A DNA stretch of 64,000 bases from an uncultured Acidobacteriota bacterium (GTDB lineage: Bacteria; Acidobacteriota; Thermoanaerobaculia; UBA5066; Gp7-AA6), in the NCBI GenBank assembly GCA_963764715.1, contig CAVXTP010000015.1, positions 32,001 through 96,000 of the forward strand, written 5' to 3'. Below are positions 20,338 through 29,920 of the stretch, piece by piece (position 1 is the first letter of the stretch; each line of letters begins with the position of its first letter). The notes beneath the pieces were generated by a model, which worked only from the letters and a program-made list of their open reading frames with translations, was not told the DNA's origin and made no database searches. The position numbers and the translations under genes are program-made.

Positions 20338-21053
20338 CCCAGAATCGCCTCGACGGCGCGTGCGGTGTCCGAGAAGTCCGGCAGCAGGGCGTCGGGGCCC
20401 TCGGCGCCGAGCCGCTCGACGCTCGTGATTCCCGTCGCGACCGCGACCGCCCGCACGCCGAGCGCGCGCCCGCAGGCGACGTCGTGCACCGAGTCGCCGA
20501 CGATCACGATCGACTTCCCGGCGTAACGCCGGCCCGTGTGCGCCAGGGCCCGCTCGACCGCCACGGGCGGAAGCGTGTAGCGGTCGGCGGAGTCGCTGCC
20601 GTAGGCGCCGAACGGGAAGTACCGGTTGTAGTCGGGCGGAGCGAGCTTCAACCGCGCGCCGCGCTCGAGGTTCCCGGTCAGGAGGCCGAGCGTCACCCGG
20701 GGCTCCGAGGCGAGACGCTGGAGCAGCGGGGTGATCCCGGGCTTGGGTACGACGACGCCGGGGACGAGGCCCCGCTCGAGCTCCTCGAGGTAGAGGTCGA
20801 GGGCGCGCGCGAGCCCCGCCTCGAAGCGCTCGGGACCGACGTCCTCCGCCACGAGCTCGCGGACGATCTGCGGGTCGGTCTTGCCCGAGAAGTCGAACCG
20901 GCCGCGGTCCTGGTGGACCTCGCCGGCCTTCCAGCCGAACGCCGTTTCGAGCGCCTTCAGGATCGAGTCGCGCGCCACCCGGCCCGCCGAAAGGAGGGTT
21001 CCGTCGATGTCGAAAAGAACGAGTTTGTGGCCGTTGAGGGATGGCTCAGACAT
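20334..21053 (-). CDS. HAD superfamily hydrolase
   Basis: LFDIDGTL, LLTGN, VGDSVHD motifs. Confidence 0.9.
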   Translation of the reverse strand: MSEPSLNGHKLVLFDIDGTLLSAGRVARDSILKALETAFGWKAGEVHQDRGRFDFSGKTDPQIVRELVAEDVGPERFEAGLARALDLYLEELERGLVPGVVVPKPGITPLLQRLASEPRVTLGLLTGNLERGARLKLAPPDYNRYFPFGAYGSDSADRYTLPPVAVERALAHTGRRYAGKSIVIVGDSVHDVACGRALGVRAVAVATGITSVERLGAEGPDALLPDFSDTARAVEAILG

Positions 21054-21976
21054 CACTCCGCATCATATTCAAAGCGCCGACCGTGCCACCGGAGGATGTC
21101 CATCATCGCCCCCCGCCAGTACTTCCAGTCGTGCGTGCCGGGCTCGATGACGACCGTCGTCGGGACGCCCCGCTCGTTCAGGAGCATGCCGTACTGGGCG
21201 GCGACACGCTCGAGCCCGTAGATGTCCTCGGAGCCGCCGCGCATGTGGACAACGAAAGGCGGCGCGACGAAGCAGCGGCCCCACAGGACGTTCCACGCGT
21301 CGTTCTCGTCCAGCGAATTGTCATGCGCGTCCTCGCCGAAGATCCGCTTCAACGAGTACCGTGCGACGAAGTTGTAGCGCTTGAGGTCCTCCCACCCGAA
21401 GGGGATCAGCGCCCCCGAGAGCGACGAGACCGACCCGTACAGGTCCGGGTGGCGGAGCGCGGACTTGACGGCGCCGTAGCCTCCCATCGAAATCCCCGTG
21501 ATGCCGCGGCTCGCCTGGCCGGTCAGGACCCGGTACCGGGAGGCGACCCAGAGCGGCAGGTCGGCCGTGAGGAACTTCTCGTAGAGCATCTTTCCGTCGT
21601 GCGAGTCGGAGAACCAGCTTCCCGAGCCGTCCGGCGCGACGATCAGGAACTCGGGCAGCCGGCCGTCGCGCATCCGCTCGAGCGCGTCCGCGGCGACGCC
21701 GCGCCGCTCGAGCGTCCGGCCGTCGCCGTAGCCGTCGTGCAGAAAATAGAGGACCGGGTAGCGCCGCGAGGGCGACGCGGCGTACGAGGGCGGAAGGATC
21801 ACCAGGCAGCGGACGGCCGAGGGCATCGAGGACGTCTGGACCCGTTCGTAGCTGATGCCCGGCGCCCCGCCGGCGGCGCGCGACGCGGCCGCGAGCAGCA
21901 AGGCGAACGCGACGATCCGAACCCGAACCCGGACGGTCCGGGCCGGCCAGGGCGCGCCGCGCTCCCGCGCTTCCAT
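21053..21976 (-). CDS. Secreted alpha/beta-hydrolase (esterase family)
   Basis: YPVLYFLH, GISMGG nucleophile elbow, GTHDWKYW. Confidence 0.85.
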   Translation of the reverse strand: MEARERGAPWPARTVRVRVRIVAFALLLAAASRAAGGAPGISYERVQTSSMPSAVRCLVILPPSYAASPSRRYPVLYFLHDGYGDGRTLERRGVAADALERMRDGRLPEFLIVAPDGSGSWFSDSHDGKMLYEKFLTADLPLWVASRYRVLTGQASRGITGISMGGYGAVKSALRHPDLYGSVSSLSGALIPFGWEDLKRYNFVARYSLKRIFGEDAHDNSLDENDAWNVLWGRCFVAPPFVVHMRGGSEDIYGLERVAAQYGMLLNERGVPTTVVIEPGTHDWKYWRGAMMDILRWHGRRFEYDAE

Positions 21977-22013
21977 CGCCGGATCATAGGCCGGACCCCG
22001 ATACACTGGAGCC

Positions 22014-22493
22014 GTGGCGGACCTGGAACGAATGCCCAAAGAGCTGCATCGCGCCCTGGCGGGCGACGGGTTCCGGCGGCGCCGACGCCAGGTCCTGCCC
22101 CTCCTGACGACCGATCCCGAAGGATTCCCGCGCGTCGCCCTCCTGACCCTCGCGGAGATCCGGGCAAACTCTCCGAGCGAGCTCTGCGTCGCCGTCCGCG
22201 CCGGCAGCCGCACCGCGTTCAACCTCGTCCGCCGCGGCACCGCGACCGTTCTCTATCTCCACCGCCTCCTGACCGCGTCGGTCCAGGCGCGGGCGGGCCG
22301 AGCGCGCGTCTGCGGGACGGACCCCGGCCGCCAGCTCTTCCCGCTCCGCGTCGAGCGGGTCCGCGTCGATCGCCCCGACGCCGCGGAGGGACGCGTGGCG
22401 CTCCTGACGGGGCCGACGTTCGGCGGCGCCGACGCCAACGGCCTCTTTTCCGACGAGCTCTTCGCGGAGCTCGGAAAGGCGACACCCGAATGA
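22014..22493 (+). CDS. Pyridoxamine 5'-phosphate oxidase-like (split-barrel) protein
   Basis: LLTTDPEGFPRVALL..SRTAFNLVRRG pattern. Confidence 0.55.
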   Translation: MADLERMPKELHRALAGDGFRRRRRQVLPLLTTDPEGFPRVALLTLAEIRANSPSELCVAVRAGSRTAFNLVRRGTATVLYLHRLLTASVQARAGRARVCGTDPGRQLFPLRVERVRVDRPDAAEGRVALLTGPTFGGADANGLFSDELFAELGKATPE

Positions 22494-23221
22494 CGTTTCA
22501 GGACCGCACCGTGCTCGTGACGGGCGCCGGCCGCGGCATCGGCCGCTCGATCGCCCTGCGGTTCGCCGAGGAGGGCGCGCGCGTCGCCCTCGTCGCGCGG
22601 ACGCTCGCCGATCTCGAGGAAACCGCGGCGCGCATGTCTTCGTCCGGGGGACGCGGCCTCGCCATCTGCGGCGACATCACCGTGCCGGGCTTCGCCGAAG
22701 AGTGCGTCGCCCGCACGGAGAGCGAGATCGGCCCCGTCGACGTCCTCGTCAACAACGCGGGCGTCTTCATCTGGCGCCCGTTCCTCAAGATGAGCCCGGC
22801 CGACTGGGACCGCGTGATCGCGACGAACCTGAGCGGGGCCGCGGCGTTCTGCCGCGCCGTCCTGCCCGGGATGGTCGAGCGCCGGCGAGGGCGCATCGTC
22901 AACGTTTCGTCCATTCACGGAATGCGCGGCGACGCCAACGTCGCCGCCCAGGCGGCCGCCAAGTTCGGCCTCATCGGACTGACCCAGAGCCTCGCCCGCG
23001 AGTTCCGCTCCCACAACATCGCGGTCAACGCCGTCTGCCCCGGCACCGTCGAGAACAAGAAGGAGGAGGGCGAGGCGGTCCACGCCGAGCCCCTCGCCGA
23101 GAAGCTCTGGCCGAAGGACGTCGCCCGGGCCGTGCTGTTTCTCGCCTCCGACGACGCCGCCGCGATCACCGGCACCGCGCTCGAGGTCTTCGGCGGGACG
23201 CACCTGACGATCCAGCCGTAG
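22490..23221 (+). CDS. SDR family oxidoreductase (YxxxK replaced by QxxxK)
   Basis: TGAGRGIG, NNAG, NVSS, QAAAK, NAVCPG. Confidence 0.9.
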   Translation: MTFQDRTVLVTGAGRGIGRSIALRFAEEGARVALVARTLADLEETAARMSSSGGRGLAICGDITVPGFAEECVARTESEIGPVDVLVNNAGVFIWRPFLKMSPADWDRVIATNLSGAAAFCRAVLPGMVERRRGRIVNVSSIHGMRGDANVAAQAAAKFGLIGLTQSLAREFRSHNIAVNAVCPGTVENKKEEGEAVHAEPLAEKLWPKDVARAVLFLASDDAAAITGTALEVFGGTHLTIQP

Positions 23222-23317
23222 GCGAAACGCGGAACCGCGGCGACGGACCGGCCGCCGCCGCGGTCGTGAAACCCAATCACACTGGTCAGCCCGGGAAACC
23301 GCCTTGGCCGTGGGCGC

Positions 23318-24634
23318 TCATCGCTGCGCCGTGAAGAACTCCGCCGGAGGGATCGGGTCGAAGCCGTCGTTGGTCTGGGCGAAGGCGTTCGCGCTGCCGA
23401 CGATCTCCAGCCGATTCCCGGTGCCGAGGCCCCCCGCCGAGTGCGCATACTGGTTCGCGCGGAGTCCGCTGCCGGACGCCTGACGCATTACGACGTGCAC
23501 GGTGTTTTCATCCCCCGGAGAGACGCTCGGGACGAACGTTGCAGCCCCGAGCAACTCCAGGTCCGCAACCGTCGTCTGAAGGAGCGTCCCCTGAAGATCG
23601 AGCTCGAGGCGGTTCCCGGAGCTCGATTCGGAAAGGAGACTCATCCGCACGCTCCCGGCGGCGGATACACCCAGCCCGAAGCCCTCAATGCGATCGTCAG
23701 TGGAATGAAGCCGCAGCGAATTGGAAGTCGTGGCCTGTGACACTAGACCAGGAAGCGGAGCGCCCGTTCCGCCCAATAGGTTCCAGCCGATCGCCGCCGG
23801 CACGGAACTGTCCGACCGATACAGGTTCCGGCGGGACTGGATAATCGTGCTCGATCCGGTCACGCCATCCGGTCGGCTGATGCCGCCGCCCGCATCCAAC
23901 CCTCCGCCGATCGTGTTGTCCTCGAGGTCGAGGTCGATCCCGGCGTGCGATGCAAAGTTGAACGCGAAGATGCCGGTCCCTGCACCCGGTGAGCGCACGA
24001 TCGAACGCGCCATTTGCAGCCGGAGCTCGGCGCCGTCGTGAGGAGGCGGCTCGAAGCCCAGATTCGGATTGGTCGTGTAGACCACCACTCCGCGGCCTGT
24101 GGGGCCCCGCGGCGTTCTCCCCGGCGGGTTGGGATTGACGATCTCGCACTCCTCGATGTGCACGGAAACGAAATCCCCGGCCGCTCTCGAAACCACGGCG
24201 ACGGGGTTTCCCGTTTGCCTGCCCGGAACGTCCTCGATGACGAGACCTCGTACGGTGGTGCCATCGCCGAGCGTCAGGACGTCCCCCACGAGAGCCGCGG
24301 TGCTCCGGAGGAGCGTTCGGCCGGACGGCTCGAATCCGGTCGGCAGCCCCGAATCGTCGAAGCTCATGACGCCCTCGCCGGCCAACGTTGCTTGATCCGG
24401 CAGGGTCAGCGCGTGGCTCAGATCGTAATCGCCGGCGCGAACGACGATCTGCGCTCCCGCATTGGACGGCGTGAGTGCCGCCTCCAGCTCGGCTGTGGTC
24501 GTGACGACGAAGGTCGCCGTGGGCCCGTTGGGCCGAGCCTGGGCATCACCCGGAAGAAGCGACGAGGCCAGGCAGGCCGAGACGATCCAGAAACCCGAGG
24601 TCGCCCGTTTCACACAGCGCCGAGTCCGGTTCAT
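23318..24634 (-). CDS. Secreted hypothetical protein, possibly beta-helical
   Basis: RBS AGGAGG, signal-like N-terminus, VTTTAELEAAL..GAQIVVRAGDY start typical of pectin-lyase-like folds. Confidence 0.6.
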   Translation of the reverse strand: MNRTRRCVKRATSGFWIVSACLASSLLPGDAQARPNGPTATFVVTTTAELEAALTPSNAGAQIVVRAGDYDLSHALTLPDQATLAGEGVMSFDDSGLPTGFEPSGRTLLRSTAALVGDVLTLGDGTTVRGLVIEDVPGRQTGNPVAVVSRAAGDFVSVHIEECEIVNPNPPGRTPRGPTGRGVVVYTTNPNLGFEPPPHDGAELRLQMARSIVRSPGAGTGIFAFNFASHAGIDLDLEDNTIGGGLDAGGGISRPDGVTGSSTIIQSRRNLYRSDSSVPAAIGWNLLGGTGAPLPGLVSQATTSNSLRLHSTDDRIEGFGLGVSAAGSVRMSLLSESSSGNRLELDLQGTLLQTTVADLELLGAATFVPSVSPGDENTVHVVMRQASGSGLRANQYAHSAGGLGTGNRLEIVGSANAFAQTNDGFDPIPPAEFFTAQR

Positions 24635-24878
24635 TCGAATCCTCCTGTCGGGACGCTTTGAGATTCGCCCGATTCTCAATGTGTGCCCGATGGACGACGG
24701 GCGTTACTTCACCGCCACTTTCCGGCGCGAAGGAGAATCTGCCTTCCCGAGTGGAAGTAACCCCGCCTCGCGAGGACCGGTCGATCCGAGGGTGCGGGCG
24801 CGCAACCTCACCTCGGGATTTGCGTAGTAATCTCCCGCGGGCCCTGGCCCTTCGATACCCTTGCGCACGGAGGAATTC

Positions 24879-25649
24879 ATGCGGAGACTCACCGGAATCC
24901 TCGGCGGCCTTGCGCTCTCCCTGACTGCCACTCTTCCCGCCCAGACCGCAACGGCGCCGCCGCCGCAAAGCGCCGACGAGATCGTCGCGAACTACGTCAA
25001 GACGATCGGCGGCATGGAAAAGATCGACGCCATCAAGTCCCTGAAGAAGACCGGCCGTTACACCGGAGGGGGCGGGTACGAAATCCGGGTCGTCGAGGAG
25101 AGCAAGCGGCCGGACCTCGTGCGGCAGGAGACGTTTCTCCAGGGGATGGTCGGGGTCACGGCCTGGGACGGCAAGACCGGCTGGAAGATCGAGCCCTGGG
25201 AGGGCAAAAAGGACGTCGAGCCGCTCGGCGAGGAGGAGCTCAAGCAGATCGTCGAGGACTCCGACTTCGACGGTCCGCTCGTCCATTACAAGGAGAAGGG
25301 CAACTCGGTCGAGCTCGCGGGCACCGAGCCCGTCGAGGGGACCGACGCTTTCAAGCTCAAGGTCACGCTCAAGAACGGGGACGTGCGCTTCTACTTCATG
25401 GACACGGACTACTTCGTTCCGATCAAGATCGAGACGAAGCGAATGATCCGGGGCGCGGAGCGCGAATCGGAGACCTCGCTCGGCGACTACAAGGAAGTCG
25501 CGGGCGTCTACATGCCCCACTCCTTCGAGACCGGCGCGAAGGGAAGCACCCGCCGGGCCAAGGTCGTCTACGACCGCATCGAGGCCAACGTACCGCTCGA
25601 CGACGCCCTGTTCCATCCCCCCGCGCCTCCGGCCGGGGCGGCGAAGTGA
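24879..25649 (+). CDS. Secreted LolA-like (outer-membrane lipoprotein-sorting-like) protein
   Basis: Signal peptide; ADEIVANYVKTIGG, DYKEVAGVYMPH, IEANVPLDDALF; RBS GGAGG. Confidence 0.7.
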   Translation: MRRLTGILGGLALSLTATLPAQTATAPPPQSADEIVANYVKTIGGMEKIDAIKSLKKTGRYTGGGGYEIRVVEESKRPDLVRQETFLQGMVGVTAWDGKTGWKIEPWEGKKDVEPLGEEELKQIVEDSDFDGPLVHYKEKGNSVELAGTEPVEGTDAFKLKVTLKNGDVRFYFMDTDYFVPIKIETKRMIRGAERESETSLGDYKEVAGVYMPHSFETGAKGSTRRAKVVYDRIEANVPLDDALFHPPAPPAGAAK

Positions 25650-25657
25650 GGCCCGCC

Positions 25658-28600
25658 ATGAAGACGAAGACCTCCATCATCGGTTCCTCTCTCCTCGCCG
25701 TCGCCCTCGCGGCGCCCGCGCAGACCGCCGCGCCTTCCGCGACGGTCAAAGTCGACTCGGAAACGATCTCCGGCCTCGGCGCCCGCAACATCGGGTCGGC
25801 CACGATGAGCGGCCGCGTCGCGGCGATCGACGCGGTTCGCGACGGCGATCGGCTGACGGTCTTCATCGGAGCCGCGTCGGGCGGCGTCTGGAAATCGGTC
25901 AACGGCGGCACGACCTACAAGCCCGTCTTCGACAAGCAGCCCGTGCAGTCGATCGGGGCCGTCACGATCGATCCGACGAACCCGAAGGTGGTCTGGGTCG
26001 GCACCGGCGAATCCTGGACGCGCAACAGCGTCTCGATCGGTGACGGGATCTACAAGTCCGTCGACGGGGGCGAGAGCTGGACGAACGTCGGCCTCGGGGG
26101 CACCGAGCGGATCGTCAAGATCCTCGTCGACCCGACGGCGCCCGACACCGTGTACGCCTGCGCTCCCGGAAAGCTCTGGTCCGACAGCGACGATCGCGGC
26201 GTCTTCAAGACGACCGACGGCGGCAAGACCTGGACGAAGGTCCTGGCGGGCCGGAACCTCTCGACGGGCTGTTCGATGATCTCCCTCGACCGCAAGGATC
26301 CGAAGACGCTCTACGCCGGCATGTGGGACTTCCGGCGCAAAGGCTGGACCTTCCGCTCGGGCGGCGACGGCGAGAACGCCCCGAGCGCGAGCGGCCTCTT
26401 CAAGTCGCAGGACGGCGGCTCGACCTGGAACGAGCTCGACGAGAAGACCGTGAAGGGACTGCCGCCGAAGCCCTGGGGCCGCGTCGCGGTGACGCCCGCC
26501 CCCTCGAAGCCCAGCGTCGTCTACGCGTTCATCGAAGCCGCCGTTCCGAAGAACGGCCTCTACCGCTCCGACGACGCCGGCGCCACTTGGCAGGCGATGG
26601 ACCGCAGCCAGTTGATGGTCTGGCGCCCCTTCTACTTCGCCAACCTCATCGTGGACCCGAAGGACGAGAACAAGGTCTACAAGCCCGACCTCTCGCTCAT
26701 CGCCTCGAACGACGGGGGCAAGAGCTTCTCGGACATCGGAGGCGGGGCGCACGGCGACTTCCACGACGTCTGGATCGACCCGGCGAACACCGACCGTCTC
26801 ATCGCCGGCGACGACGGCGGCGTCTGGTATTCCTACGACGGCGGGAACAAGTGGTGGAAGGCGGACAACCTGCCGATCTCGCAGTTCTACCACGTGAGCG
26901 TCGACATGGAGCGGCCGTACAACGTGTACGGCGGATTGCAGGACAACAGCTCCTGGGTCGGCATGTCCGCGTACCCCGGCGGCATCACGAACGCCCAGTG
27001 GGAAAACATGTACGGCGGCGACGGCTTCTGGATGTTCGCCGACACCGCCGACTCGACCTACATCTACGCCGAGTCCCAGGGCGGAGAGATCGGGCGCGTC
27101 AACCGCAAGACGCACGAGACGCGGTCGATCAAGCCCCTCGCCGGCTACAAGGAAGGCAAGCTCCGCTACAACTGGAACACGCCGATCCACATGAGCCCGA
27201 CGCAGAAGGGCGTCGTGTACATCGGCGCGCAATATCTCTTCCGATCGCGCGACCACGGCCAGACGTGGGACCGCATCTCGCCGGACCTCACGACGAACGA
27301 TCCGGAGAAGCAGAAGCAGGAGCAGTCGGGCGGCGTCACGGTCGACAACTCGGCCGCCGAGATGCACACGACGATCTACGCCATCGCCGAATCGCCGCGG
27401 GACCCCAACCTCGTCTGGGTCGGCACCGACGACGGCAACCTGCAGCTGACCCGGGACGGCGGAAAGACCTGGACGAACCTCTCCGGCAACATCGCCGGGC
27501 TCCCGAAGAACGCGTGGGTGTCCTCGGTCGAGCCCGGCCACTTCGCCGCGGGGACGGCGTACGCCACCTTCGACCTCCACACGTCCGGCGACATGAAGCC
27601 GTACGTGTACCGGACGACCGACTTCGGCAAGACCTGGACGGCACTCGCGCCGGCCGACGGCTCGATGAAGGGCTACGCCCACGTCGTCAAGGAGGACCCG
27701 GTCGACGCCCGGCTCCTCTTCGTCGGCACCGAGCTCGGCCTCTGGGTCTCGCTCGACGGCGGAAAGCGCTGGGCCCAGTACAAGGGAGGCGATCTCCCGA
27801 ACGTCGCCGTCCGCGACCTCGCCGTGCACCCGCGCGACGCGTCGCTCGTCATCGCGACGCACGGGCGAGGCATCTGGATCGTCGACGACATCACGCCCCT
27901 GCGCTCCCTGACCGACGAAATGCTCGCGCGCGACGCGACGTTCGTGCCCGGACAACCCGTCGTCCAGCGCATTCGCGCGTTCGGCGGCTGGGGTTACGGC
28001 GACGCCTCGTTCGAAGCGCCCAATCCCCCGTCCGACGCCGAGATCGTCTACTACCAGAAGAAGCGGCACATCTTTGGCGACCTCAAGATCGAGGTCCTCG
28101 GCCCCGACGGCAAGCTGCTGACCACCCTGCCCACGAGCAAGCGCCGGGGCCTCTCGCGCTCGACCTGGTCCATGCGCCTCAAGGGTCCCCGCGTTCCCCC
28201 GGCGGCGACCGTGGCCTACGGCGCCAACCTCGGACCGCGCGTGCTGCCCGGGACCTACACGGTCCGCATGACGAAGGACAAGAAGGTCTACGAGACGAAG
28301 CTCCAGCTCGTTCCCGACCCGCGCTCCAAACACACGCCCGAGGACCGCAAGGCGCAGTTCGCTCTCGCCATGAAGCTCCACGGGATGCTCGGCGACATGA
28401 CGTTCGCCGTCGATCGCATCAACGGTGTCCGCTCGGCGCTCGAAGAGCGCGCCGGGAAACTCCCCGCGGGCGATCCGCTCGCCGCGCAGCTCCGGAAGGC
28501 TTCGTCGGACGCCGACACGCTCCGCCAGAAGATCGTCGCCACCAAGGAGGGCGGCATGATCACCGGCGAGGAACGCCTGCGCGAGTACCTGACCGATCTC

Positions 28601-28870
28601 TACTCGAGCGTCGTCTTCTACGAGGGCCGGCCCTCCGCGACGCAGGTCCAGCGCGCCGACGCGATCGGCCGGGAGCTTTCCGACGTCGTGAAGGATTTCG
28701 ACGCCTGGGCGGGCAAGGAGCTCGCGACGATCAACCAGGCTCTCGAGGCCAAGGGGGCTGCCCCGATCGAGCTCCTGACCCGCGAGAAGTGGGAAAAGGC
28801 CGCGGCCGACCCAGGTGGTGCGGGCGCCGCGGGCGCAATCGAAGAGGCGAGGTTCGGCGAGCGGGACTGA
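25658..28870 (+). CDS. VPS10/BNR (Asp-box) repeat glycosyl hydrolase-like protein
   Basis: SGRVAAI, many S/TxDGGxTW Asp-boxes, GGLQDN, ATHGRG. Confidence 0.9.
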   Translation: MKTKTSIIGSSLLAVALAAPAQTAAPSATVKVDSETISGLGARNIGSATMSGRVAAIDAVRDGDRLTVFIGAASGGVWKSVNGGTTYKPVFDKQPVQSIGAVTIDPTNPKVVWVGTGESWTRNSVSIGDGIYKSVDGGESWTNVGLGGTERIVKILVDPTAPDTVYACAPGKLWSDSDDRGVFKTTDGGKTWTKVLAGRNLSTGCSMISLDRKDPKTLYAGMWDFRRKGWTFRSGGDGENAPSASGLFKSQDGGSTWNELDEKTVKGLPPKPWGRVAVTPAPSKPSVVYAFIEAAVPKNGLYRSDDAGATWQAMDRSQLMVWRPFYFANLIVDPKDENKVYKPDLSLIASNDGGKSFSDIGGGAHGDFHDVWIDPANTDRLIAGDDGGVWYSYDGGNKWWKADNLPISQFYHVSVDMERPYNVYGGLQDNSSWVGMSAYPGGITNAQWENMYGGDGFWMFADTADSTYIYAESQGGEIGRVNRKTHETRSIKPLAGYKEGKLRYNWNTPIHMSPTQKGVVYIGAQYLFRSRDHGQTWDRISPDLTTNDPEKQKQEQSGGVTVDNSAAEMHTTIYAIAESPRDPNLVWVGTDDGNLQLTRDGGKTWTNLSGNIAGLPKNAWVSSVEPGHFAAGTAYATFDLHTSGDMKPYVYRTTDFGKTWTALAPADGSMKGYAHVVKEDPVDARLLFVGTELGLWVSLDGGKRWAQYKGGDLPNVAVRDLAVHPRDASLVIATHGRGIWIVDDITPLRSLTDEMLARDATFVPGQPVVQRIRAFGGWGYGDASFEAPNPPSDAEIVYYQKKRHIFGDLKIEVLGPDGKLLTTLPTSKRRGLSRSTWSMRLKGPRVPPAATVAYGANLGPRVLPGTYTVRMTKDKKVYETKLQLVPDPRSKHTPEDRKAQFALAMKLHGMLGDMTFAVDRINGVRSALEERAGKLPAGDPLAAQLRKASSDADTLRQKIVATKEGGMITGEERLREYLTDLYSSVVFYEGRPSATQVQRADAIGRELSDVVKDFDAWAGKELATINQALEAKGAAPIELLTREKWEKAAADPGGAGAAGAIEEARFGERD

Positions 28871-28874
28871 ACCT

Positions 28875-28905
28875 TTGACATCTGATGCGAAACTAAATAG
28901 CATCA
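28875..28905 (+). promoter_or_regulatory. Sigma70 promoter TTGACA-N17-TAGCAT with overlapping operator IR TGATGC/GCATCA
   Basis: -35 at 28875-28880, -10 at 28898-28903, IR at 28883-28888 and 28900-28905; 8 nt before the antitoxin ATG. Confidence 0.75.
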
Positions 28906-28911
28906 CACATC

Positions 28912-29178
28912 ATGCCGCGCACCACGGTCGACATCGACGGCCCGGTTCTGGAGGACCTGAAGCGGATCCAGAAGCGTGAGGGTAAGAGCCTGGGGCGGAC
29001 CGTCTCCGATCTGCTCGCAGAAGCCGTCTCCCGCTACGGCGGTTCCAGGAAGAAGCCGGCCGCGTTTCGCTGGATCTCGCGCCCCATGAAGGCGCGGGTC
29101 GATCTTGCCGACAAGGAGGCCGTGCGCGCCGCGGCGGACGCGGGATTGCTTCCGGACTTCTCCAAACCACGTCGTTGA
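28912..29178 (+). CDS. vapB: VapB-type antitoxin (RHH)
   Basis: MPRTTVDID..SLGRTVSDLL; overlaps the downstream PIN gene. Confidence 0.8.
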   Translation: MPRTTVDIDGPVLEDLKRIQKREGKSLGRTVSDLLAEAVSRYGGSRKKPAAFRWISRPMKARVDLADKEAVRAAADAGLLPDFSKPRR

Positions 29179-29618
29179 GCTACGCGATCGACGTCAACGT
29201 CCTGCTCTATGCCTCGGACGCATCGAGCCCGTTCTCCAAGCCCGCGCGAGCGTTTCTCGAAGAGTGCGCCGCCGGTCCCGAGGTCCTCTGCTTCGCCTGG
29301 CCGACCCTCGTCGCCTATCTGCGCCTCTCGACGCATCCCGCGGTTTTCGCGAGCCCGCTCTCGCCCGACGACGCGGAGGCGAACGTGCAATCGCTGCTGA
29401 CACTCCCCCACGTTCGAGTTCTCTCCGAGAAGGAGGGATTCTGGGACGTCTACCGCGGCGTCACCGGGGGCCTCGCCGTTCGCGGCAACGACGTGCCGGA
29501 CGCGCACCTCGCGGCGCTGCTGCGACAGAACGACGTCCCGACGCTCTATACGAACGATCGGGATTTCCGGAAGTACGCATTCCTAAAGGTTGTGAACCCG
29601 TTGAAGGATTCCGACTAG
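29175..29618 (+). CDS. vapC: VapC PIN-domain toxin
   Basis: IDVNVLLYA, DAHLAAL, TNDRDF. Confidence 0.9.
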   Translation: MSYAIDVNVLLYASDASSPFSKPARAFLEECAAGPEVLCFAWPTLVAYLRLSTHPAVFASPLSPDDAEANVQSLLTLPHVRVLSEKEGFWDVYRGVTGGLAVRGNDVPDAHLAALLRQNDVPTLYTNDRDFRKYAFLKVVNPLKDSD

Positions 29619-29683
29619 CGTGCCGATCGACTGAGATCGAGCCATTCTTCCGCCGGTCCAGTACAGACCGGGCGGGATGACCC

Positions 29684-29709
29684 GTAACGATCGCCGCCCT
29701 GCGGGTACT
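29684..29709 (+). promoter_or_regulatory. Putative ECF promoter 1, GTAACG-N15-GTACT
   Basis: Same spacing as sites at 30479 and 32403. Confidence 0.55.
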
Positions 29710-29920
29710 TGGATCGCGAGTGGCGAGCACCGTCGGATCCAAGCCTGTCGACGCGCGGGGGGCGAGCTCCCCCGGGGATCTTCTGACCCGGGCTCAGACG
29801 ACGGCGCGACCCGGCCGGCAGGCCCCGGCCCGCGCGGCCCGCCTCGAGGTCGTGCCGGCTCCGGAACGGCGTCCCCCCCCTCCCCCCGCTCCCCCGCCGG
29901 CAAGACCCGCCTGCTCTAAG

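Noticed and set aside
25568-28906. Long antisense ORFs (also 32293-35640, 41793-43964, 17647-20526)
   Set aside because: Shadow frames of real high-GC genes with no recognisable motifs.
29873-29887. Phase-variable poly-C tract before the ECF sigma
   Set aside because: C8-T-C6 is unremarkable at this GC content, and it is unclear whether it is translated.
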